38,906 bases of DNA from NCBI GenBank assembly GCA_030770535.1, contig JASVEC010000160.1, positions 1 through 38,906 on the forward strand. The letters run 5' to 3'. The notes beneath the pieces are model-generated. The model did no database searches. It worked only from the letters and a program-made list of their open reading frames with translations, and had not been told where the DNA came from. Shown one piece after another: positions 23,160-34,441 of this stretch (its first letter is position 1; every line of letters starts with the position of its first letter). The DNA is from Batkoa obscura (taxonomy: Eukaryota). The translations under genes and the position numbers were made by a program.

Positions 23160-24681
23160 AAGTAATCTATAAAATTAGTCCTTTAAGGGAAACGGGAAGT
23201 AAAAATCAATAAGTAGCATTACTGTGTGAAATATAGTACTCAGTGTTTGGAGTCAAGAACAGCTATTGCTGGGTTGGCTACACTATAAGTCGAAAGGTCT
23301 TAGTTTATGTGACTAAGATAGACCTGGATTATGAGGAGTACCACGTAATAGGTTACAAGCTATATAAGACAAATAGAATAGATAATACTAATGTAAAATC
23401 TACATAAAATACTATTAAGAAAACTCAGTGGCTTTATTAAATGTTCGAGATATCAGGGAATAATTCAGTTAAAAAACCTCGAACTACTATACTCTGTAAA
23501 CTCTTTTATACTCTGAAAAGTATAAATATCAGAATGAGAAGATGCTATCCTTTGAGACGAAGATAGAAATTCTCATAGCAAATCAAACTAAGAGTGTGGG
23601 ATTGATTTTCTCTGAACTCGAGAACACAACAGCTTAAACAGTTGTTATGCTACAATCAATTATGGAGCTGACAAAGCGATATTTCACAGTATGATTAATT
23701 CAAAGTTTTCTATTTTAATTTACTGTAAAAATATTCGCCACTTAATTATAAAAAACTTTATTTTTTTATTTTAATGTCCATATTTAGTAATTATAATAAA
23801 AAAATAGTTACTATCATGTTTTGTATATATAACTACTCACTTAAAATATTTACAAAAAAAATTAATACAACAATTTAAAGTTTTTTTGCTAAATTATTTT
23901 TTGATACTATATTTTATATAAATTTTATATAAATTTTATAATAACACTTTTTATTTTATTTGTTCACATAGTTTATAGCTTATTATATACTATTTTTATT
24001 AATTTAAAGCTATCTTAATTATACAAAATAAAACTTTTTGATTTGTAGCTAGTTGATTGAACAAAAACTACTTTTAACTCCAATTATTAACTACCAACTT
24101 TTATAATATTAAATTTAAAAAAACAAAAAAAAGGTATAAATATTTAAAAAAAATTATAAATATAGTATTGTTACCTATACTAAAAAGAAAAATAAAGTTG
24201 GTATTTTATTTTAATATTAGATTTTAATAATTGAATACCAAAGTTGTTTAGTTTGGTTTTTATGAAAGCTGAAAGAAACAAAATTCAAGAGTTTTTATAC
24301 ATAAGTAATCACTATGCTTATGAAAAAAATGATACCATCATGTCTCTGCCTAAAAGGATAAGTAACGTTTGTTAAAGCTTATGTTATTCTATTTAAACTA
24401 ATGATAAAAAACTATATAGAAGAAGCTCCCAAAATAGTACAAAGTCTAAGATCAAACCTTCCATACGTGGAAGGCAAAACTTTCAGTGCTTTACTGATGC
24501 TTATTTTTATACTGCTATTGCTATATCAGCTTTAATATTTAAATTTATGTCTGATATTTCTTAAGCTATTGAGGAGTTGAATTTAATTGGTTCTATTTTA
24601 AAGATAAAGAATTTTGGCATTAATTCCATAAATCACATAATTTGTAAAGAACTCTCTTCTAAATCAATGTCACTTTAAAAA

Positions 24682-26008
24682 ATGAGTATAAATCAAAACA
24701 TCCTCATTACTGCATTAATAAGTTCCATTGCCACTGGTTGTTTAATTTTAGGAGTCCAAAGTCTAATTAATAAAAAATCGAATGCATCAACCAATTTCAA
24801 GCAACTAAAGCAGGATTTTAAAAAACAAAATGATGAGGAGCTCATCAAAGAACAATTATCCCGAAATACCGCCTTTTTCGGAGAAGCTAGTATAAACAAA
24901 TTAAAGAACAGCTTTGTCATAATCATTGGTGTTGGTGGTGTAGGTTCTTGGGCATTCAATATGTTGTTAAGAGCGGGTGTAGGGAAGATTCGGATTATTG
25001 ATTTTGATTTGATTACTTTATCCTCTTTAAACCGACATGCTACTGCTACTAGAAAACAAGTAGGTATTTCAAAAGTTCAAGCATTGAAGGACTTTGCAAC
25101 TGAATTGATGCCTAATACTCAAATAGAAATTATTAATAGAATGTTTGAGGGTAAAATTGCTTCGGAATTGTTATATGGTAGGTGGTTTTTTTAATAGTGA
25201 AAGAAGTGGTTTATTGGTGTAAAATAATTTATTAGGAAAGCCAGATTTTGTGTTGGATTGTATTGATAATATTGATACCAAAGTAGAATTATTAAAATAT
25301 TGTTACGAAAATGAAATAAAGGTAATAGATTATACTGTAGTTTATATACTTTAATTGAGTTATAATTCTTTTTATAGGTTATATCCTCTATGGGAGCAGG
25401 TGCTAAAAGCGATCCAACTCGAATTCATATTTCGGATATTTCTAATACTTTTGGTAATTATTTAATATATTAATGAATTATATAAATTAACGATTTTTAC
25501 TTTATATTATATTTTTTATAATAGAGGATCCATTAGCTAGATCCGTTCGACGTAAATTAAAATTGAATGGTATACTAAAAGGAATAACCACTATTTATTC
25601 AAGTGAAAAACCAGGCCAAGTCAAATTATTACCTTTAGGTAAAATAATAATTATTATTATAATAGTGATGATAATGATAATAATATAATTAGATGAAGAA
25701 AAAGTAACAAAAGCGGATGAATATGCAATCTTACCACAATTTCGATCTCGTATATTACCTGTATTAGGTAAGTTAATAAAATCCACTATTATTTTGTTTT
25801 ATCTAATAGAATACTGATTTAATATATAACTTAGGTACATTACCAGCTATGTTTGGCATGACCATGGCCAGTTATATTTTATGTCAATTAGCTGATTATC
25901 CAATGGAGCCATTATCAATTAAATCTCGAACTGGATTATATAATAATTTATTAAGAGATTTACAAGTCAGAGAAAAAAAGATATATTTTAATGAGTATTT
26001 ATTTATTT

Positions 26009-26041
<33 letters not shown>

Positions 26042-26331
26042 ATAGAGAACCATTAGGCTTAAATAAAGAAGAAATTGGGTTTTTATTAGAAGAAATTTAT
26101 AATGGGAAGTGTGCCTTAACAGAAAACAATGATAAATTAGCTATTGTTAGATTAGATAAAGACCTTCCATCGAAATTAAACAATTTAATTATTTTGGAGC
26201 GTAAACAAGCTCTGAAATATGATTTATTAGAAGGGAATAATGAAGAGTTCTTTGGAAATAGACTAAAATTTATTAAAGATCGATTGAAATTATGTGGAGA
26301 GATATTAAAGCTTAAGGTCCAAGAGTTCTAA
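24682..26331 (+). CDS. TCD2: tRNA threonylcarbamoyladenosine dehydratase (Tcd1/Tcd2, TcdA/CsdL-like; ThiF/E1-like family), 7 exons, ~430 aa
   Basis: Exons 24682-25177, 25236-25321, 25378-25453, 25525-25638, 25693-25767, 25835-25994 and 26046-26331 join in frame via GT-AG introns. Motifs: EQLSRN, GVGGVGSW, IDFDxxTLSSLNRH, DCIDNIDTK, SSMGAG, DPLARSVRRKL, RILPVLGTLPAMFG, plus an N-terminal hydrophobic anchor. TCD1 vs TCD2 orthology cannot be resolved from sequence alone. Confidence 0.92.
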
Positions 26332-26700
26332 CAAGATAAGATTGAGTTCTAGAAATAATAAAGTGAGTTATAGATAGTATATTTGTATATTAATGCTATA
26401 ATTTTTAGTTAATTTTAAAAACAATAAGAGCATATGATTAATCCATTAAACTAACTTTAACTTAACTTCTAAAAACAGTCCATAGAAATCTAGTAAGTTT
26501 TTATAAAAGATTATTGATAAATTTATAATATACAAATTCAATAATTTAAATTTTTAATTACAACAAGAGAAGTAATTTATTCAATTAATATTATTGCTGA
26601 CAATTTATTTTATTTGGGATAATATCTTAATAACTTAAGTTTACTTGCTTTATACTTAGTTTGTCAACTAAAATATACAAGCTTTTATGATCTAAGATAT

Positions 26701-26796
26701 GGCGATGTTTTTTTTATTTCGCTACTTTTCCATTTTTAAGCGCTATCTAAGTAGAAAAAGTGATAGTAAAATTCTTAAACATAAAAATACATCCCC
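26701..26796 (+). mobile_element. MITE copy 10
   Basis: ggcgatgttt...aatacatcccc with flanks ATAT/ATAT. Confidence 0.85.
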
Positions 26797-26947
26797 ATAT
26801 TAATATTCATTTTAATTCTGTTAACTAATCATTACTTAGTAAATTAAAAAAAGCGATATTATTAATACTGATAGTTAAAAACGGGTATTTGAAAATAAAA
26901 GTGAAAAACAATATAAGACACAATCCATTTATTGAATTTAATATCAT

Positions 26948-27045
26948 AGGGATGTATTTTTTTGTTTAAAAATTTTATTAATAATCTTTCCACTCAAATA
27001 GTACTTAAAAAATATAAAAATAATGAAATCAGAAAAAATATCCCC
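26948..27045 (-). mobile_element. MITE copy 11
   Basis: Reverse-orientation family match. Flanks TCAT/ATGT do not form a clean TSD. Confidence 0.8.
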
Positions 27046-27556
27046 ATGTTTTCAAGTGATTTACAAAAATAAGATTAATCATTTTTAAACTGTAATTGAT
27101 TATAAATATCCAATATTACAATTTTATATAAAACTCCTGGACTGAAAGCTGTATAAGCATTTATAAGATTAGATAGATGAGGACCATTACGGAAAATAGC
27201 ACCATTTATATGTTTAAATTGTAAATATAATATGATATTGTTACTATCATAAATAAAACTTTCATCCTCATATACTATTAATAAAATTTTATTCAATTCA
27301 TTATTAACAATTAATCAACAACACGTTAATTTTGATATTTGATCTTGAATTTAAATATAACTTAAACTTGTATGTTTGAATTTAATACTCTTTCTAAATA
27401 ATAATTTAGCTAACTTAATTTATAGTAATTATTGTATAGTTGAATATTACTTTATGTTTTAATAACAATACTTTCAACTATATGGATTAAAATGAACTCC
27501 ATCTTCTTTGTTGATTAAACCATAAAAAGTTAGCATTTGTAATTTTTTTAATACGA

Positions 27557-27651
27557 GGGGATGTTTTTTTTGATTTCATTACTTTTTCATTTTTAAGCGC
27601 TATTTGAGTAGAAAAACTGTTAGTAAAGTCTTAAATAAAAAATACAACTCC
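27557..27651 (+). mobile_element. MITE copy 12
   Basis: ggggatgttttttttgatttcattact...taagcgctatttgag...aatacaactcc. TSD is degenerate. Confidence 0.8.
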
Positions 27652-28135
27652 ACATGTTAAGCATCAAATTAGAGTAGTTTTCAAATACATTTGATAAAGA
27701 ATTATCAATCAGTTTACAAATATCATTACCTTTTTCTATAGTATTTAAAAATAGTTCTTATTTAAAAGGTGAACATGGTAGATTTCTACTACCTACTATT
27801 AGAAATGTTTTATCATTCTATTGTTATTAATTATAGTATTATGTATTATTTAGTAATTTAAATTTCGTTCAACTAATTAATAACTCAATATTTGGTAAAA
27901 TAATCTCAGGTAGCCAAAATGAATCCCTTAAATTTTGATATGAACGTATTCAATCTCTTAATAATACCTACGCTAAATTACCATGTTAAGCAACTACAAT
28001 ATTATTACTGAAATAAATGGAATTTGGATTCTTACTATACTATCTATTAAACTATCTTGAACTCAATCATAATTTTGAAAAATAAGCAAATTAACTAATA
28101 ATTAATAGCTATATATTTATAGAACACATAAAACT

Positions 28136-29116
28136 TTATCTTCTTGGTGATCTAGATCTAGATCTTGGAGAATAACGACGATAACGACGAACATTTTGAC
28201 GTCTATAAGATCTACCCCTATCGGATTCAGAACCGGATCGAATATCTCTATCACTTAAATCTCTGTCCTTAACCTCCCTATCACTCAGCTCCAAATCTTT
28301 ATAATCTCTATCACTGATCTCATTCTCTTTATGACCTCGGTGAAAATCTCGATCTCTATAATTATTACGACCATTATAATCACGACGTCGATTACGCATA
28401 CGTTCTCTATCATCGTACCTTCCACCAGTAAGCATTCGACTACCCTGTTTATTTTCTCGAGTTTCTTCTTCTTCACTACCTTTAATAAACGCAAAACTAG
28501 CTTTTAAGTTTTTATTTAAATACATTTGATTATCAACTCCATCCACGGCTGATTTAGCTTCTTCATAGGTATCATATTCAATTAGAGCATATCCCTAAAT
28601 AAAATAAGATCGTCAATCAGCTTTTTTTAAAAGATAGAAATGGATAGAAAATAAACAAAAACTTACTTTAACATAACCTGAGTTACGGTCTAAATTTAAG
28701 TGTAAATTCTTAACATTACCAAATTCAGAAAATTTATCCAAAACATCTTCTTCTGCTGCTTCATAATGAAACCCAGTCACAAATATGGTCCATCCTTCAA
28801 TTGCTAGTTTATATTATTAAAAATTTTGAATTTTTTGATTATTTTTATTATTAAAAATTGATTCTACTTACAACGTATAAACTCCTTTCCAACTTCATCC
28901 GAGTGTAGCTGTCCTAAATTCGATTCTATAATATTGACTCAATTATTTTTTTTGCATTGATAAAATTCACAAATCCAAAGCTTACCATGTCCATTATCTA
29001 ATTTTTTAAATCCACGACCTTTGCGTATAACTAAGAACAAAAATTGTTTAACTATATATTTAATCGACTTTAAAATAGATACACTTACCCGCTGGTGCAT
29101 CTCCCATATCGGACAT
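28136..29116 (-). CDS. RBM8A: RNA-binding protein 8A / Y14 (exon junction complex core), 5 exons, ~240 aa, with extended RD/RS-rich C-terminus
   Basis: Exons 29116-29089, 29030-28986, 28925-28872, 28803-28667 and 28594-28136 join in frame. Diagnostic RKGRGF and [53 protein letters not shown] (RRM). Confidence 0.93.
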
Positions 29117-29205
29117 AGTTGAAATATTAATAAATCTTAAAAAAAATAAGATGACTTTAAGAATTCAATTTGGTAAACTATCATTATCACAATTTCAGTT
29201 CTCTT

Positions 29206-29213
29206 CTGATTGG
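29206..29213 (-). promoter_or_regulatory. Putative CCAAT box (CCAATCAG) ~90 bp upstream of the RBM8A ATG
   Basis: Exact HAP/NF-Y-type consensus at a plausible promoter position. It is a short motif and could occur by chance. Confidence 0.35.
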
Positions 29214-29425
29214 TTCAAAAACTAATCTCATTTGATTGCAACTTTTGCTGAAAATGAATTTTTTCACTACTTAAAAATTAAATTTGAAATAAGCAACTTA
29301 GTTCATTTTATTTCTATAATTACTCATAATGTAAACTAGATCTATTTTTATAGCACAACCCGCGAGAGTAACTGTAACTACAATCAATTTTTCAAAAATT
29401 GATCTAGTTAGCAAAAAAAACAAAT

Positions 29426-29522
29426 GGGGTTATGTTTTTGTGTTTAAGAATTTTACTAACAATCTTTCCACTCAAATAGCGCTTAAAAGATAGAAAAAGT
29501 GATGAAGTCAAAAAACACTCCC
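29426..29522 (-). mobile_element. MITE copy 13
   Basis: Reverse-orientation family match with an exact 4-bp direct flank AAAT/AAAT. Confidence 0.85.
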
Positions 29523-29863
29523 AAATTGTATTAAAAAACATCACTGATTAAACCGACAGCCAAATAACGCTTTTCAATATAGTGTTAGTTTTTAATTTTC
29601 TGAACAGCCTTTTCAAACCAAAAAAGTATACAATGTTTTGTTGTTCTTAATTGTAAAATAGAGTCAATTAATTTATAGTGAAAGTAAAAAACTTTAGATA
29701 GAAAAGAACTCTTTATTAAAATTTTAAAAAGCAAACTACTATTTAGCCTACAGCCTACTTTGCACAAATTAAAAAGTCAGATTACTTAGAAATTGCCTTA
29801 TAATATTAAACCTATCAAAAATTACAATGAGTATAATAGTTTATCAATTTCAATACAGACTAT

Positions 29864-29958
29864 GGGAGTGCTTTTGTGACTTCATCATTTTTTCCATTTT
29901 TAAGCACCATTTGTGGAAAATTTGTTAATAAAACTCTTGAACACAAAAACACATCTCT
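29864..29958 (+). mobile_element. MITE copy 14 (diverged)
   Basis: gggagtgcttttgtgacttcatc...aaaacacatctct with flanks CTAT/TTAT. Confidence 0.75.
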
Positions 29959-30030
29959 TTATGAAACCCAAGAAAATTGGTAAATATCAGCTAATTATAT
30001 ATACTTGCACATTACTAAGATAAATAGTAA

Positions 30031-30104
30031 GCTCGTATGGCGCAATTGGCTAGCGCGTTCGACTGTTAATCGAGAGGTTGCTGGTTCGATCCCAGCTATG
30101 AGCG
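30031..30104 (+). tRNA. tRNA-Asn (GTT)
   Basis: Cloverleaf with acceptor GCTCGTA/TATGAGC, D-arm TGGCGCAATTGGCTAGCGC, anticodon loop CT-GTT-AA and T-loop GTTCGATC. No intron. Confidence 0.95.
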
Positions 30105-30458
30105 TCTACTAAATGTAGTTGCTACTATTTTAAAAATGTTTTGTTAAATGTGTAAACTTTAAGAACGGTAAAAGTCTGCTGAATTTGCTATTATTTAAAT
30201 TCAGCTATAAATCAAAAACGTTCAATTATAAGCTGTTTTGATGCTTTTTAATAAAGTCTTTTACAAAAATACTTAATAAATCAAATAAATAGTAATACAC
30301 ATTTTAGTTATAATATTTTTTATAAAATGTGAAGCAATTCAACTGAAAATAAGCAAAAAACTATTGAATCCGACTGGAAAACCCTGCAATTATAAATATT
30401 CAATAAAATTTTGCTTGTAATGAATAGCAGCCATTAAACTGCAACAACAAAAATTATA

Positions 30459-30541
30459 TGATCAGGATGGGATTCGAACCCACGCCTCCGAAGAGACCGC
30501 GGCCTTAACACGGCGCCTTAGACCAACTCGGCCACCTGATC
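30459..30541 (-). tRNA. tRNA-Leu (AAG)
   Basis: Reverse complement GATCAGGTGGCCGAGTTGGTCTAAGGCGCCGTGTT-AAG-GCCGCGGTCTCTTCGGAGGCGTGGGTTCGAATCCCATCCTGATCA, with the long variable arm of a type II tRNA. Confidence 0.95.
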
Positions 30542-31144
30542 CTTTTATCTATTTAATAAAATAATACTATATTATTGATTTTGTTTTTAATCAAATTATT
30601 AAATCTTATTAAAGCTAGTATCTTTTATATTTGAGATAGTTTAAATGTATTTTATATAATACGTGCTTTTTCAAAAGTTTTAATACAATAGAATAAATTC
30701 TAAGTATAAGTTTATATTTAAAGTTTGAAGTTTATTATTATTCATCCAAGTGGTTGTAATATTTATTGTCAAGTCACTAACATTATTTAAAAGAACTCAT
30801 AAGGATCAATAATTTTAATAAACTAAAAAATATCCTTATATTGTGAATCATTTTAACTAAATTTACTTCTATATCATTTGTTTCAGTATATAGGTCTAAT
30901 ATGACAACTCCATATTGAATTAAAGGTTGTTAAATTAATAGTAAATTAATTATTTTAATTGGTTATTCATATTTCAAAATTCAATAACTTCCAAATCCAA
31001 AAATTAAGCATATAATATGAAACTCCACTTGAGTTCATTGTTGTTACATTTTGTTCATATTATTTAATTTGAATAGCTGCCCATAATAGTATTATTTAAG
31101 AATTATAGTTCAAAGCTTCGGAACCTTTTGATAAAATAGCATAT

Positions 31145-31243
31145 GGGAATGTGTTTTTGTATTCAAGAATTTTACTAACAATTTTTCCACTCAAATAGCG
31201 TTTAAAAGATGGAAAAAATGCTGAAGCTAAAAGAAACATCACC
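31145..31243 (-). mobile_element. MITE copy 15
   Basis: Reverse-orientation family match. Flanks ATAT/ATAT. Confidence 0.83.
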
Positions 31244-32125
31244 ATATCGTCCAGAAAACACTTTATGAAATCGAGTTATAATCCTAACCAAAGGGCTAAA
31301 GCTAACGCTTTAGCTCTAAAATAAGGTCAAGAAATATGCTATATAATTGATCTAAAAATTCAATATACATATTCTTATTAAAGTTCTTTATTCGTTTATT
31401 TCTATTACTAAATTGAGTGTTACAATTCTTTATTTCCTTTGATTTATATATTAACCTACTTGTTATACTCCATTTAGTTATTACTTTATCTTTAAAAAAA
31501 TAATTATAGAATATATATATCTAATATATAAAAATAACGATTAATGGGGGATAAGCAGATAATCTTCGTTGTCTTGTTAATATGAAATTAATGAATTTTT
31601 ATGTCATAATTAAGATCCGGATTAATTTATTGTTTATAATCTAAAACTACAAGATACTCCATATAGTAAAGTCAAAACTACTCACTATGAATTAAAAATT
31701 AAAATAAAACTTAGTTTTACTAAGATGATAAGGAGATTGAAGGTATATTTATAACATCAATATATGAAGTATGAAATTGACATGCATTATTTGAATTTAA
31801 AATATTTAGGTAAGTTGTTTTGTTTTTGTATTGATACTGCTGCTTTATTATCATTTTCTTAATTATATATAACTAAAATTAAATGGGGATAAAGCTGTAT
31901 TTAATTTAGTTATTAATGTATAGATTATCTAAAAATAAAAAATCGAGAATTCAGAGGTCAGCTGAAATAAATAGATTCAGTGCACTTAGAAATAATTAAC
32001 AAATTAAGATATTAATATCACATTAAACAAAAGCTCATAGCTTTGGTAAATTGTACTCATAAAACACAGCATTATAAATCAATTAAATCTGACGCTTTTT
32101 ATTTTTATTTTTAATAATTAATATC

Positions 32126-33163
32126 ATGATTTTATCAATAGGACAAAGTATACAGGTGGTGGTGGCAGTTATAGGATTATTCTTAAATGTAATAGTTGGA
32201 CTTGTTGTTAGTATTGGCTTAGGTTTGAAATCAACTGATTTAATATTAATCTTCATTATTGCTCTTCTTGATTCTTATTATTACCTTCATAACATAGTGA
32301 GAATGATCTTAATAGGAGTTGAATATTTAGTGGTAGACTCAAACAGATTAAACCCAGATCCTTCATGGTGGTGCCCTTTTGATGCTACAATTGATATGTC
32401 GCTTTATCTAGCTTGTATTGAATTAGTGGCCATCCTTAGTTTTATGCGATATTTAAGTATTTGTAGGAAAAAGAATCTGAGTCCCATTGTTTGGTATTCT
32501 ATTGCTGCATTCTCTTTTTGTACCAATTTCATTTTTTCTTTAGTTTATATTGGTAATGGGTATTATAAGTGGTCTGTTACTGAATTAGTATGCGTTACAG
32601 GAAATGACCCTGAATCTACTAATGTTGGTTACATTCGCTACTATAATTTTTGGTTCACTAGTTACACCGTACGGTCTTTTATTTCCCTTGTTATTATAGC
32701 ATTTTCTTATTTCAACATGACTACTGTTTATTATGAGAAATTATCTTCATCAGGAGATATACTAATGAAAAACCAACTTAAATCTAAAGATGAAGACTTC
32801 AAGCCTCAGCATACTTCGCAATATTTCAATACAAGTGGGATAGAAAATTATAATGTGCAAAGGAACCAAATTTATAAGCAAAAATGGTTCACAGTCCTAA
32901 AATTAATGGGTGCGATTCTTGCTTATTCTATTTGTTTAATTCCAGATATCACTTTTAACATCATTAGGTTGCTTCCAGATAGCTTCCCATACACAAACAT
33001 AACTACCGACGTATTCACAGCATCCAACTTACTTTTAAGTTGTTATGGGTTGGTTAATTCGCTTTTTGTATTACTTTCACATGATCCTTCTAAGCGATAT
33101 CTCGCTTTTAAATTAGAATGTTTTGTCAATAACGTTAAAGGATGCCTTGGTTTTGATTGTTGA
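32126..33163 (+). CDS. Class A GPCR-like 7TM receptor, plus-cluster paralog 1 (Asp3.32)
   Basis: 345-aa intronless ORF with GLFLN (N1.50), ALLD (D2.50), WWC, CIELVAILSFMRY, ECL2 LVC, FSY, CLIPD and VNSLFVLLSH. Confidence 0.88.
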   Translation: MILSIGQSIQVVVAVIGLFLNVIVGLVVSIGLGLKSTDLILIFIIALLDSYYYLHNIVRMILIGVEYLVVDSNRLNPDPSWWCPFDATIDMSLYLACIELVAILSFMRYLSICRKKNLSPIVWYSIAAFSFCTNFIFSLVYIGNGYYKWSVTELVCVTGNDPESTNVGYIRYYNFWFTSYTVRSFISLVIIAFSYFNMTTVYYEKLSSSGDILMKNQLKSKDEDFKPQHTSQYFNTSGIENYNVQRNQIYKQKWFTVLKLMGAILAYSICLIPDITFNIIRLLPDSFPYTNITTDVFTASNLLLSCYGLVNSLFVLLSHDPSKRYLAFKLECFVNNVKGCLGFDC

Positions 33164-34441
33164 AAGTTTAAAATAAAAGTATTAGATATGTCTTCTATCT
33201 ACATATTATTTGTAATTGTTTAGACATTATTGAAGTTGATTTGGGTAAATTAAGAAATCACGTGTTTATATAGCTCAAAGATTTATACATGTGATGTTAT
33301 AGCTCAGGTTCTCATTTTACATCAAGTAAAATAAAGTAGTGCTATATCACTCATGAAAGAAACATTTATTCATAAAGCTTCCATGGTTATAAAATCTAGT
33401 ACTTTGGTTCTATTAATTAAAGAAGCATCCTTATAATAAGGCTATTTTTCCATGTATATTATTCATTTTGAACAAAAATATGCAAATGCTAACTTATAGT
33501 AATTATGCAATATAAAAACCATGAATAGCTTTGGCTCACCAAAAAAATTTAATTATTCTAAATTGTTATAATAACTATAATTTTAAAGTCATCCCATGAT
33601 AAATGTATTTTGGATAAAACCGGATTTAGCGCCTTTATTACCATAATTATTCAATCTATATAAACACAAAGTATTGACGTTTTACATCTTTGTTTTTACT
33701 ATACTCAAAATAAGCTAAAACACCTTTTAGAAGCACCATGCACTATTATACATTTCATATACAGAATATTTTCTTTGTAACTAGACATTCAAGCTAGTGT
33801 ATTTTAATTTTTGCCACTTTAAACCACCACCAAAAGCTGTTCTATTTTATCAAACCAATGATAGTATAATATTAAATTTATCTTGAGATACAATTTGCTT
33901 CAGGATACCTTAACAAAATGGCCTTTATTTAGGCAAATCGTAAATTTTCGTAATCTAATAGTTTACGCAACTACTAATAATATACATAGTTTAAAATTTA
34001 ATAAAGTATTTAGTATAAACTTTTACATATGTATATTAATTTACACTTATCTAATGCCATTCGAAATAGCTTTGGTAAGTCACCCAGTTATACAAAATAT
34101 GAAGGTCTAAAATCCGCTATTTACGCCCAATATGAGGATACCTTTTAAACTTTAATTGTGTAGCAGTTTACCGCTCATTTTAAAACATAAAAATAGAGAA
34201 CTAAGCTACTATCCACTATAGATAACAAATCATTGATTATAAAAACTACTGGTAATTGATACACAATTAAAGTTAAAGAGCTGGAGAATAAATAATATGA
34301 ATATGAAACTGAGTTATGATATAAAAAGAATAAAGTGTAAATAAAAACCACGAATATTTTTTTGTTTTTACTTGTTTTACTACATTTGAATATCACAATT
34401 AAAACTCACCTGGCCTATTAATATTCAACTCAAAGCTCTAA

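Noticed and set aside
24457..24474. Small hairpin ccttcca-tacg-tggaagg (also hairpins at 761-782 and 31292-31317) as Helitron ends or terminators
   Set aside because: No properly placed CTRR end was found, and 7-8 bp stems are expected by chance in 39 kb.
24693..28494. ORFs 24693-24959(-), 25595-25786(-), 27075-27296(-), 28285-28494(-)
   Set aside because: They are antisense or alternative frames of TCD and RBM8A, or a short AT-rich ORF without recognisable motifs.
24682..30104. Functional clustering of TCD with tRNA-Asn(GTT), a t6A37-type substrate
   Set aside because: tRNA genes are multi-copy and dispersed in fungal genomes, so proximity is most likely coincidental.
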